Assembly: GCA_900088475.1 (NCBI GenBank)
Contig: FLMG01003878.1
Coordinates: 1 to 34,503 of the forward strand
Length of the DNA stretch: 34,503 nucleotides
Direction: 5' to 3'
Origin: Hyphochytrium catenoides
Taxonomy: Eukaryota > Protista > Hyphochytriomycota
The notes beneath the pieces were generated by a model, which worked only from the letters and a program-made list of their open reading frames with translations, was not told the origin of the DNA and did no database searches. Numbering within the stretch: the stretch's first letter is position 1; each line of letters begins with the position of its first letter. The position numbers and the translations under genes are program-made. Positions 23,540 to 34,503 of this stretch are shown here, in pieces.

Positions 23540-24216
23540 ACCCTTCTTATTCACCGCCTATACATAAGCGCAGGGCAAATGTCTCGAGAAGACATTTCCA
23601 ACAATGAATGACCACCGGCCATTCCTCTGAACTTGCAAGCGCCAAAGAAGTGGCTGGAGTCAATATTAGTTGGAGGAAAAGGGGTGTCATGTTGTCCTGA
23701 TTGGGACTGGATTCTGTAACTTTCGCCCTGAAAAATTCGGAGAATAAACAACAAGGCGGAGTTCTTCGTACAAGGAGACACCACGTGCAAAGAGAAGGAA
23801 GTACCGCTTCTTGTTATCAGAGGGTCTGACCGCTCTTCGCGATGTGTTGTCAAGTCCATTGATCCTTCTACTTGTATGCCCATCCACAGTGGTGTATCCC
23901 GCTAGCAGCCTCATAACGAAAGCAGCAGCAGCAGAACCTTGGAAGTAGAAGAACAGGAGAATCTCGCCAGTTTCGTACTGCTGGTGGGAAGATTCGGGCG
24001 CTAATATATGATCAGAACAGACAAGAGGGAGTATTATGTTAAGAAAGACAATAATGAAGCCGCTTTGATGGACTGGTGGTGGTGGGATCGAAGCTTCCCT
24101 GAGTAAGACGGGATAGAACCTTCTTCTGAACTTCTCAGTGCATTCTAAAAAGAACAGCCCAGCAGAAGAGTGGGTAAAGCTAGTATAGTATACACCTGGA
24201 ACTTCTGTTATTTGAC

Positions 24217-24334
24217 TCTGGGACCCAAGGTCCAGATGCAGCTGTAGTTGCCATCATGTAAGATGGCGGGCTCTGTTCTGGGACCCAAGGTGCAGATGCA
24301 GCTGTAGTTGCTATCATGTAAGATGGCGGGCTCT
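24217..24334. repeat. 60-bp tandem duplication (2 copies, 2 mismatches)
   Basis: TCTGGGACCCAAGGT(C/G)CAGATGCAGCTGTAGTTGC(C/T)ATCATGTAAGATGGCGGGCTCT repeats at a 60-nt period. Confidence 0.95.
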
Positions 24335-25697
24335 TTTTGTAGCACCTCGCGAAACAAGACGGTGGTTCGACGTGCGATAGCCAGATTGAAGGGCAGAGCG
24401 AACATGGAGATGAGGGACATACCACAGCTTATTTAGCTAAGGAATCAATTCCTTTTGCCTGCTCCTTGACTTCTTTGTGGCTCTCACCCTGCAAGTGCCC
24501 TATGTACAAACAGCTGGTGGTCTGTCACTAGGGGTTGCATGTGACACTGGGACCAAAAGACCAGAAATATTCATTCCATAGTTCTATGTATTGAATTTCT
24601 ATATGTATTGAAGAAGCTGATACATATTTCCTATTTACTACCATTTTTTCCTCATACGTTGAAATCTCTGCGGTTTGTGTGGTGTTGTCCCTGTTGTGGG
24701 GTCTTCGAATGCATCTCATGTATGATTCTCCTGATCCTTGTGCAGGCAAGGGGCCCGGTTAGTGGGGTGGGTGAGAGGGATAACGATGCGGTTTGGAAGC
24801 AATGATATTTGATCTAGTCAGTTTGTCTTGCAGGTGGTTGGGTGCGTCACTTTGTGACAACGATCTCGCTGCTGGTGACGCTAAGCATTTTCTTGTTCGT
24901 GTAGTTCTATTGCCCTTGTCTCTTGAGAGCTGAAGCTGGTGGACTGGCAGTTCCTCCTTTTCGTGTAAATAAAGCTCTGATATGTCTTCTATTCAATGAC
25001 ATCGCCAGACTCGAGTTAACGTGGTGCTTGTTCTGCACACGATGTTCCTGTTCTCTTTCCTGCAGCTCCCTCCTCATAACATGCTTTGTGAGCCTTCTTT
25101 CCTTTGGCGTCTCACTCTTACAAGGATTGTTCATTTACGATGGCGGCTCGCTTGCTTTGCTGGCCACCACCTGCGAGGAGGAATCTCATCGGGTTCTTCT
25201 CAGGCGTCCTCTTGTACTCTTTTTCTTCGGAGTCTCCCTTTGCCGCCTTATCATAGTGCTGGGAGAAGCACTACAGCTATCGAAGTTAGCTCAGGGCAAA
25301 GCACTGCTGCTGTAGAAGAGCCCACAGCAAAGTGGTGCGGCGGCGTGATGATGACAAAAGTTAAAAAATAAACAAGAACTTGGCGTAGCACTTAGCCGCC
25401 AATGATGCCCAACACCACTCACTGAATCATTCCTTGGCAAGAGAATCTGGTGCTGCTGCTGTCTGGAATCTCTGCTAGCGAATCCTCTTGTTGGTTGACC
25501 ATACGTGACCAACGTGACCACAGTGATGATGAAATGGCTACTGGTGGCAGCGAACAGAGGAGGTCTTCTTTGGTATTTTAGTTAAGTACTAGTTCTGGCT
25601 GATATGGGCACGCAGAGATCAGACGATCTTTTTTTCACCTAATCCGTCAGGAGGTAAAAGCAAAGTTCACAATTATCTGGGATATACAGGGCAAGTT

Positions 25698-25971
25698 CCG
25701 GGCACAACCAAAGTCAGCAATGAAATGGGTGAGTGCACCAACACCGCGGCCCAGTACGTTTAGACGACATCATAGTCATGGTCTCAAAGTAAGAGAACGG
25801 CTTGACAAGGATCTGATAACCATCCACTCAGCAGCTTATGTCGAATCGCAAGTACTTGTTGTTGAATCTGATGGGGAGGTCGATTTAAGGCAACGACCAC
25901 AACTCTATGTTGGGGTCACTGTCGAAGGCAGCAACGGAATGCTACTCCTCCGCGTAGTCCAAGGATGAGTT
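25698..25971 (-). pseudogene. Decayed protein kinase fragment
   Basis: A GC3-rich frame reads DYAEE*HSVAAFDSDPNIELW...YQILVKPF, and after frameshifts HDYDV/RLNVL...HFIADFGCAR (DFG at 25715-25707). The order resembles alphaC-Glu, HPNI-like motif, beta5/hinge, catalytic loop, DFG. Spacing is imperfect, implying indels. Confidence 0.45.
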
Positions 25972-26290
25972 CTATGATGCCACCAAAAGAGCCTGCCCAT
26001 GTCGAGCATGAGGCGCTTTATCATCACTTTTGTTTGCCTTGTTATGCTGCGTGTTGTCCTGTCTGATCATCATGCCTTGATCTTAAATAATTCTTCTACC
26101 CCCTTCTTTCCTACCTAAGTCTTCTTGAGATGTGTACTCTATCCGCGTACCATCTCCAACCCTATCTCGTTATTGCAGGTCGACTTCTCTCTTCGTAATC
26201 TCGCTCTATCGAGACTACGTTCTCCATTCAATCATTAGTTGGTTCTTCCAATATCTCATTGTAACCACGGCAAAAGAAGGAGTTTTAATG

Positions 26291-28540
26291 CTATCTAGGT
26301 TTTGAAGCTGTCGACCTCTCTGAGTGTCCGGATCCTTCTTCTCGTCTATTACCTTCTTCTTCAAGATCTACGTTTCTACTGCCAACTGCTGCATACATAA
26401 CAGACTTGCTGTGAGTTGCGCATAGCCCTCCAAGCCTGGCGCCCTTAGTACAGCCCTCGGCTTGGCAGTTCCCACCTCCATGTCGAATGCAAAGTCTGTC
26501 TTTCTTGGCAGAGTTACCACAGCCCTGGACTTCACATCGCTCACCGCCGCCATGTCGTTTGCACAGGCTTCTGAGAGAAGCAAAGGTGAACGTTAGAGAT
26601 GCGTGATGATGTAGGGCAGCGCATACACGCAGATGATATTCTGCTGTGGTACGGTACTGTAAGGGGAGTTGCACCATAAGACGCATAACAAGAGAGAAGC
26701 CAGTCGTGAGGACTAGGAACCATTTAAAGAAATAGAAATACTCTAACAAGGCAATATGAGCCATAGCTCTCATGGCACATGCACCACCAGAGGGAATAAA
26801 ATGGACAATGATTGGGCTAGTAACTGGGTGGCGAGATCAGTCGAAAGGCGATTGACGATACTCCCTATCCATGAGGAAGAGTGACGACGTACCTGCTCTT
26901 CGCGATGTTGGGACAGTCAACAACCTCGCATTTCTTCCGCCGAGGCCATTTCGTTGGCCTTCTGGGTCGACCAAGTCGGTCATACGGAGGAGGAGGGGTG
27001 TATTTCTTGTCTCGGTCACTAGTGATGGTCCCAGGCACACGGTTACGGTGCCGTTGTTGGGGAGAGCATTCCATAAGCCGCAAAGGCTCCTCTTCCGGAA
27101 ACGAAGAAGCAATGGGACGCTGACCCTCCTGGTTTTCCTGAAATGCTATGGAGCAATCTTGCACGTGTAGTGGGTCCTTACAGATCCCCTCTATTTCTGA
27201 CAGCGGTGATTTGATAGATGGGGTTGCAGTCGTTATCATATCCAACTGGGGGTAGTGGTGAGCTATTGGTCCCTGTGAATTGATGCTAGGATCACTGCTA
27301 CCAGTTGAAAGAATATTATCGGTGCGCCCTTCTTCTGATCCTTTCTTCGGTTGATCTGGTCTCCTTTGTGATTTCGCCTGTTCGAATGCTCCCTTTCTTT
27401 CTGAGTATGGAGCGGCGGCATAATATGTAGCCTGCCATGCTTTTGATGATTCTCCCTTCTTACTATCAATTCTCCTTGCTTCACTTGCACTTTCGACATT
27501 CATTTCTGATGATGGATCCACTACCCCTCTCATAATCGTTCTATCGTCCTTTAGATAGCAAATCCTCCGACAGTGTTGATGGCTCTGGCTAAAGATGCTT
27601 CTGTCATGCCTGGAGGAGAATTCCCTCCAAACGTGAGAAGGAGGAGGCGGATGGTGAACTCTACCATGTGAACACGAGTCTTCGATAAGAGCTGAAGATC
27701 TTCTGGCCAGTAGGCTGTTATCGAACCTCAACTGCTCGGATGAGGCGCCTTCTTCTTCATATGCCCGCCCCTCCAATCTTAGGTAGGTTGGTGGTAGGAA
27801 CTGCCGTGGCGAGTAGTAGGTGGCAGAAGAGAGTGTGCGCTGCTGGGCGTATATCCGACCTGCATCACCCGGTAGACCAAGTGTTGTAGAGTCAGCGGTA
27901 CTTTCTTCTATGGAAGGAGGAGCAGAAGGGATGCCGAAGTTCATCGTATAAGATGACCCAGTGGGAATCATCAACAATTTTCCTTTCTCATCACTGCTCC
28001 TTATTCTTCTTTTTCTTAACGATACAATTTGACGTGGGTCACGCAAACCAAAGCCGTCTTCCCTTCTAGTCTGCAACGGATTTAAGGTTGTCAGTAGGTA
28101 CGAATCAAACGTCGCGTCAGCAGTGATCAATTAAGGAAAGTGGCGAAAGTGAGCACTGTTAGAACAAAGGTTGTTTGGTGCCCCAAAGAATAGGAGAGAG
28201 AATAGAAGCAAACCTACGGCTCAACAAACTGTATGCCCAAATAAAGAGGATAGTGGATAATAATCATGAAGATACGGAGCTTCACGGCACAACAGAAGTT
28301 TTATAAAAACTCTAAAGTGGGTTGCTGGGCTTCGGAGATGTCTAGGTAGGTACCGTGTAACATTGAAAGACACACCTTTCCCAATGACGGAAAGCAGTCA
28401 TTGTCATTTTTTATACTCTCTCTTCTCCTTTTCTTTTCTCTGTTGTGCTCCAGACAGAAATGCTCAACCTTGGCAAAACGGGAACAGCGGGAGACAGAAC
28501 AGAGAACGGCGGGAGCCAAAGCGGAGTATATGCCGCTCAT
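26291..28540 (-). CDS. WRKY19-like C3H zinc-finger putative transcription regulator, paralogue 2 (540 aa; exons 28540-28376, 28070-26893 and 26570-26291)
   Basis: The N-terminal finger is CSVSRCSRFAKVEHFCLEH. A phase-0 intron (AAG|GTGTGT...TACTGAC...TTGCAG) and a phase-2 intron (AG|GTACGT...CTCTCAG) restore KCEVVDCPNIAKSR|SLCKRHGGG-ERCEVQGCGNSAKKDRLCIRHGGG-NCQAEGCTKGARLGGLCATH. Spliced length is 1623 nt = 541 codons. Confidence 0.9.
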
Positions 28541-30687
28541 AAGAGAATACTAGACAAAGGAGTCCTTGTCAGGACGACGACGGAGTCCTGTCAGGCATAT
28601 AATGACGATAGGATAGCAGCGTCAGCATCAAGCAGAACAGATGATAGCAGCAAGGAGCTTGTATGTATTATGAGGGTCGCGACACTAAGTTCTTCATCCG
28701 TGAAAACGCTTCGCTATTACAACGTGCGCCTGCACGTGCCGGCAAGAGGGTTCGCTGCTCCTGCCCCTCCTTGTCCAGCGACTAATAAGGTCTTTGTTTC
28801 TTCAACCTAGAATAACTAACTCTATTACGGCGACGAGGCTACCACCGCGTGTCTTTCATCCGAACCTTTGTAATACGGCAGCGATGCATCCTGCTTGCGC
28901 TCTTGGGTACGGCCCTCTATGAATATTCAGAAGGAACCTCACACACAACGAGTGGTGAGGACCAGATCGCTGGGAGCGAAGCTTCGCACAAGCACCTCAG
29001 TGCCATAAACCGCCGTCCTCTTCCATCCCACTTCTCTTTCCAGGGTCCTTCAAAACTTTACTCATCTTCTGCAACAACATGGCCATTGGCCCCTTTCTTT
29101 CATCATCTATTACCTTTATCAAACGGCCCCTGATTCCTGGTTACAGGCTCTGCTTCTAAAAGAGACAACGGGAGAACAGTAGGGTTCCTCCAACGTGTCA
29201 AAGCTTGTCTCGCCATGCTATTGTCATTAGTGACAATGCCCTTCATCTCGCTATAAAGGGTCCTTGTGGTGTCACTTTAGGAGGGAAGGAAGAGAATCGA
29301 GGTTAGAAGTGGAACATGAGACGGACCACCAGCCTAAATATGCTGCATTTTATTTGAGAGCAGACTGCACAGATCCTTCTTTCCTGCCTTGTTTTCTCCT
29401 CTCCTACTCTTTCAGATCAAGCAGTTCCCTTTCGCATCATTGTTACAAAAGAAGACTCCCGCCTACCAAGGATCGTCCTCAAGCCCAGAGCACCATGTCC
29501 TGACCAGAAGGCCTATAGGGGACTGCAGTGAGGCCGGAAGATGGATGAGCTATCATGGAGTCCGCTGTCCTCCTTCTCTTCCTTCTTTCTGCCTTCTTCT
29601 CATTTGAATTAGAAAGTAACCCCAGAACAGCATTTGCACTCTCTCGAACGGAAAAGCCTTCTCCTTCCGGCAGTGTTCGTTGAGGCAGAAACCAGAATAG
29701 CTGCTCCTTTCACCTTGAGAATATTGGCTGAGTCAACCTTGTGGTAGAAAGTGACTGCTGTTTCTCTTTTAGCGTTCCTGCTCAAAGATTGCTGTCACTC
29801 AAAGGAGGGACCACTCTAAAGAATACTCCCAGCGATCAAGCAATTCAGAAGCAGGAAAAGAAGCTGCTGCCAAAATTGACCAAAGTAGTATAAATTGGCT
29901 GGGGCTTATGACGGCCTCGTTCATAGCGATTCTATTAGCGCTAGGAAAGCTGTCAGGGTTTATTGACACAGCCCCTTCACTAGTGTGCTGCTGTTGCTTT
30001 ACCTGCAACAACAACAACTGTAATAATAAACTATCTCGAATGAACTCAACGGTTGTCTTTTATTACTAATAGGTCACTATGATGAACGTGGCTTGCTATC
30101 TCTTGGCAACAGGAACAACCGATCCAAGCATAGAAATCTATCCACCATCACTTATTCTCTTTGTCACCAAGAGATGGGAATAGGAGCAGTTAAATAGCTC
30201 TGGTATAGCTTCCTGCTTCACCAATGACTTCGGATTGTGGGACCACTTTAGTCTATTCTGGGTGCATCTGAATGTTAGGCCGGTAGATCGACTTGAGAGC
30301 AGTGATCTGCTCCTTGACCTTTGTTGCTTGTTGCAGCCTCAGTTTGCCATTGTGTCCACTTCCTCCATTGCCTTCAAGCCATGTTCCTTTCTTCTGATGA
30401 ACATGTCGACATCGCATGTGATAACGAAGAGAAGGTGGACTGCCTTCTATGGTATCCGCCCATCCGCCTTTCAAACACACAAAGCCTAAGTTCAGGAAGC
30501 CTTTACTACCAGCCTTTGCAGCACAGGGACGCCCACCCATCTCAGCCTTCTCTTTGATGACCGCCATGTCGCAGCTGCTTGACAGGGGATCCTTTGCCGG
30601 TTCAAAGATCTTCTAGAAACGAACTGGGGCTTCTCAGTGCCACAAGTTCTTCCGTACTATGATCCTCATTAATAACTTCTGAATTCA

Positions 30688-30763
30688 AGGCCGAAGTATC
30701 CGCACCAAGGGTCGTACATTGAGGCCGAAGTAGAACTATCTGCATCAAGGGTCGTACATTGAG
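30688..30763. repeat. Imperfect 34/40-bp tandem duplication
   Basis: AGGCCGAAGTA...TC(C/T)GCA(C/T)CAAGGGTCGTACATTG occurs twice, with a 6-nt insertion in copy 2. Confidence 0.9.
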
Positions 30764-32129
30764 AGGTCTACAAGCTAGAGTAGAGCTGGTTACTATTAGG
30801 AGGAGCCGAAAGTCAGAATGTTGCCACTATTATCTTCCTGCATGGTTTCCCTGTTAAACAGGTGGAAGGAGGAGGAAGGAGGACAGGCCATTTGCAGTCA
30901 GAAATCGAAGCAAGTAGTTCTTGTGGGCAGAGTAAAGGGTTGTGCCACTATTTTGCCCTCCTACATTATGCCCACCCCTAACATATTGCTCTATGTGTAA
31001 GTTGGGTGGGCTGGGACTTAGAAGGTGCCTTTGAAATATGTTGCCCCTGAACTAAATGGCTAGCAGAACTCAAGACGGTTTGTCCATGGGGTGTCGTGGG
31101 AACAGACACCAATTGCTCTTGCTTAGGTTGGGCAAAATAGTGGCACAACGATATTCTAAGCATCTGAGGCCAGAGAGAGAGAGCCCTGATGACTGTTGGT
31201 CCTAGGCTTGCAGTCTTCCTTTCTTATATATAGTGACAATCTCCTTTATTTATAAATCATCATTGCGTCTGCTTTACTCATAGCAGACCAGGCAAACTCA
31301 CCGCAGCCGTGTGTTGTTATCCCTCCGATCGTGCGCATCTGTCACATTGCCTTGTCTTTTTCTTCCTTCTTTGAGAGATGCTTCCAGATCGCCCGGCTCT
31401 TCTACCTAGTAATAAATGAATAATTTTGAGTGATGAGGACAGTAGCTAGAGCGTTCTTTGCGGGTGACGATTCACTGTCCTCCTTTCAGATTATGGGACG
31501 AACCACCGCTCAAAGCTGTAAGAATCAATCTAGATAATACTCCGTAATAGATAGCGTATTACATAGAGAGTAGTAACCGTATGGGTTGTCTTTTCACAGC
31601 CATACCCCTGTTAAACACATCTTCATTATAGCTGATCGTCAAAGAAGAAGGCAATATCAACGCATACGGCACCGCAGGCATTGCTTTCTTATTATATCGT
31701 ATTCCCTGGTAATAGCGCTTGACAATCACCCCTGTAAACCTGCTTGAACAGATATTATCGCACATAACGATCAAGCACAAGGGGAGAGAGCCTCTTAAAA
31801 CTAACGATGTCCAGGCCTTGAAGGCTGGTAGCCGCCGTAATCAGCTCCCGATACTGCTGCTGCAAATCGGCCCACCAGAAGGAGTGTCGTGAGAATAATA
31901 AGATGAGCTCTGATTTCAAGCTCCTCCCGTCCTCCCATGGCCGGAAAGCTCCTCTTCCTACCTCGTTAGAAAGAGACGATCGGTAAGTTTTTCAGCAACC
32001 AGGGGCAGAGCTGTGGCGGGCGTTGCCCTTTCTTCCAGGAACTACATAGAAGTCTCAAGAAGGTTTACCCTGTTGTTGCTTGGCTCTGGCTAGCTATGAC
32101 GACCAAAAGAGTTCAGGTTTTACTAAAGA

Positions 32130-32344
32130 TTGTGCCCCTCAACCAGCTGTCCCTTAGACCTAACACAAAGTTGCCTTCTTATGATAGACTCTATTGTGGG
32201 GGACCATCATGCCGTCACGCCTACCTGCGGCGATGCCTTCATGCCTTTCTCTCTGTATCAGAGCTATGGTTTTACTTGTCTGACACTGACTGAAGACAAC
32301 TTTGCTGTCATCCCCAATACTGTTTGTTCACTTTCTCGGAAGAG
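32130..32344 (+). pseudogene. Possible decayed PHD-finger-like exon
   Basis: LYCGGPSCRHAYLRRCLHAFLSVSELWFY resembles the PHD core CD-xx-C-xx-YH-xx-CL...W with D and H lost. It ends at donor GAG|GTAAGA. Confidence 0.3.
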
Positions 32345-33428
32345 GTAAGAAATTGTAGATCCCGTGCTTGAGCAAGCAATATCTGATAGAGTGTTATAGG
32401 ATAGATACATCATTAAACACTACTACGCCTATCCCTAGACTGCTCGAATATTGAGGCAACTATACATGAGAGTCCCTACAACAACTGAACATTATACCCT
32501 TTCTAGTAAGGCGTCAAATCACTACATGAGTTCACGTAATAATTATAATAGAGGCGTACGCCCTTTTGATAGGTCCAGCGCTACCGCAGCCGCTGTCGTG
32601 GCTTCAAGCGAGAGTTAGAGAATAGATGACCTGGCAAAGGGAGGCCAAAACATATCACAGCAAAGATATCCATTATTCCAGATAACAAAACGTCCTCGCC
32701 ACCACGGGCAGTACAGAATGCGTGCCAGGAAGATTCCAACTATTAACTGCAGATAATGATGAAGGAACAGCAATCCGGCTGCGGAAGAGTGTAAGAAATA
32801 TGGTACAGTAAGCTAAATATAAGTGTATAAAATATTCTTAAGATAAAAGAAGTTAAAGAAATTTTGGAGGGCGGCAGCGGACGACGAAACAGGAGGAAGG
32901 AAAAGAAAACAAATAAGGCCTGATGACCTGCAGTGAGCTAGATAGACCAAACAAAGAAGAAGAAGGACTCCAACGCGTGGTCGTAGTCTATTTTTTACAA
33001 AGGGCGTTAAATTGATGAAGGAAAGGATCCGATGGTCATCACTCAAAAGAGCAGCATGATGTGCCCTGCCCCCTAATAATGCAGATCCAAGAATTTATAT
33101 TAAAAAATTAGATGACCTGCTGGAGGTTGAGCAGCGGTCAGTCTCGCTTCTGGGTGGTGGTGGTGGCGGTGCGATCAGCTTGGAGAGCGTCACGCTATTG
33201 ACGAAGGTAAGATACGACAGAACCCCATTAATCAAAAGATCATCCAGATTCATGGGTATAAAGAGCTTCAACCTGCTGGTGGGCATGGCATGCTAACCAC
33301 CACCAGATAATCAAACCCCCCTGTCTTCCACGCAACTCGAATAAAGGCACCTTATTACCAGAAGAAAATCGAAGAACACGTAGAGAATCTTCTGTCTCAA
33401 GCAGAACAACAACGAAACAGATAGAAAA

Positions 33429-33615
33429 GCTGTTGCTGCTGTGCTGCTGCTGCTGCTGTGCTGCTACTGCTGTCGTGCTACCGCTGCTGCTGCTGCTGCT
33501 GTTGTGCTGCTGCTGCTGCTGTGCTGCTACTGCTGTCGTGCTACTGCTGCTGCTGCTGCTGCTGTCGTGCTGCTGCGGCTGTCGTCGTGCTGCTGCTGCT
33601 GTCGTGCTGCTGCTG
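33429..33615. repeat. Compound (CTG/CAG)n microsatellite with a roughly 63-bp higher-order unit
   Basis: TGC runs punctuated by TG, TAC and TGTCG. The block GTGCTGCTGCTGCTGCTGTGCTGCTACTGCTGTCGTGCTAC recurs at a 63-nt period. Confidence 0.95.
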
Positions 33616-34503
33616 GCTGGCACCAGTTGTCTACTTTTTTTATGGGATGGGGATGGATGTCGGCACGACCACAGTGGCGTGTGAAGACGCTTGCTGCTAG
33701 AACCGCCGCATCACATCGCTCCTATTCTTTTTATAAAATCCACCCCCCCCTGTATCACTCTGTGGATTATCGTCGTCATCATCAGGGCAGCATCTTAGGA
33801 AATACATGTATCGGAGCACCAAGCTGCTCTATCTATCATTCTGTTCCTGATTCTTATTGAGGGCTACAAGAGCATCATCCTCTCTGTTTGGACGACAGAA
33901 AACAAGTATACAGAAAGGTCTAGGACCAACAAGTACGGAGCAAGCTGATGTTTTCTGATACGAAGTGCAGTTCTATGGAATGGGGGGAAATACAGACAGG
34001 AGGACACAACTATTGTGTGCTTTGTGAAGGACCTTCCTTAACAGGAACTCTGAACTATGCAGATATTTGAGGCAAGCCCAAACCAGGGGGGGAGGATGGC
34101 AGTTCCTGTTCCATCGTGCCATGCTGGTTCGTTGATCCTTGTTGGATGCTGATGCCTGGACGCTGCTGCTGTCTTGTTAAAAAACCACCAGATTTAAGGG
34201 AGTTGTTGTTTTACAACACAAGTATTCAAGATGGGTGGTCCCTCCTGTTGTACAGATTGTCGTACAGATTACTGATACACTTTGTTGTCTTGCATGCATC
34301 AAACTGACACTTTCTGATACACAGCAGTAAGTGTAAGGGAGCTTCATGTATGACGACCTGTCAGAAAAACTGCCTTTGATCTGCAGAACAATGTCGTTCG
34401 GCGGGATTGGTGGCGGCTTTCGCACTTTTTTTGTAACCACCAGTGATAGCTGGGTCCCAGCAGGTGGAATGGCCTGTCTTTGTACCAAGAAAAATGCCGT
34501 CCA

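Noticed and set aside
23687-23914. pogo/Tc1 DDE-like LRLVVYSPNFSG
   Set aside because: No catalytic aspartates in context and no terminal inverted repeats found.
24217-24334. CRISPR-like array (also considered for 21953-21997 and 30688-30763)
   Set aside because: Only two copies each, no spacer series, no cas genes, and the context is eukaryotic.
25790-25975. TnsA/T4 gp4-like PD-(D/E)xK nuclease reading of FDSDPNIELW...ILVKP
   Set aside because: The catalytic ExK glutamate is missing, and the downstream IADFG favours a kinase.
28733-28738. CACGTG E-box about 200 bp upstream of ZF2 as a bHLH target
   Set aside because: A single 6-mer is expected by chance, and the local bHLH proteins lack Arg13.
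33240-33860. Poly-Q/S/C/L/A ORFs
   Set aside because: They are artefacts of the CTG microsatellite.
1-34503. Alternative genetic code (TAR = Gln), suggested by stops inside protein-like frames
   Set aside because: More than 2000 codons of intact genes contain no internal TAA or TAG while using CAA and CAG freely, and the genes end in TAA, TAG or TGA.

Overview
Eukaryotic genomic DNA with GT-AG introns and the standard genetic code. The host is probably a stramenopile/SAR-type protist, inferred only from the gene and transposon families present. Five genes can be supported. Two are tandem, intronless bHLH transcription-factor paralogues on + (2530-3923, broken by a 1-nt frameshift, and 8172-9563). 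One is a two-exon Cys-rich secreted or membrane-anchored orphan on - (10865-11693). Two are convergent paralogues with C-x4-C-x9-C-x2-H (WRKY19-like, 'LCxRHGGG') zinc fingers and an intron at the same position (18289-20531 +, 26291-28540 -). The DNA between genes is full of decayed coding sequence. The spacer between the two zinc-finger genes holds remnants of two different Crypton-class tyrosine-recombinase transposons: a CryptonS-like N-terminus on - and a CryptonF/NDC10_II-like catalytic C-terminus on +. The spacer also holds a TATGG-bounded terminus-like structure and a decayed protein kinase fragment. Elsewhere there are a likely Helitron 3' end, a PHD-like remnant and several short tandem duplications. 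I saw no RNA genes, CRISPR arrays or prokaryotic features. All family assignments come from manual motif recognition and recalled family consensus, not database searches.
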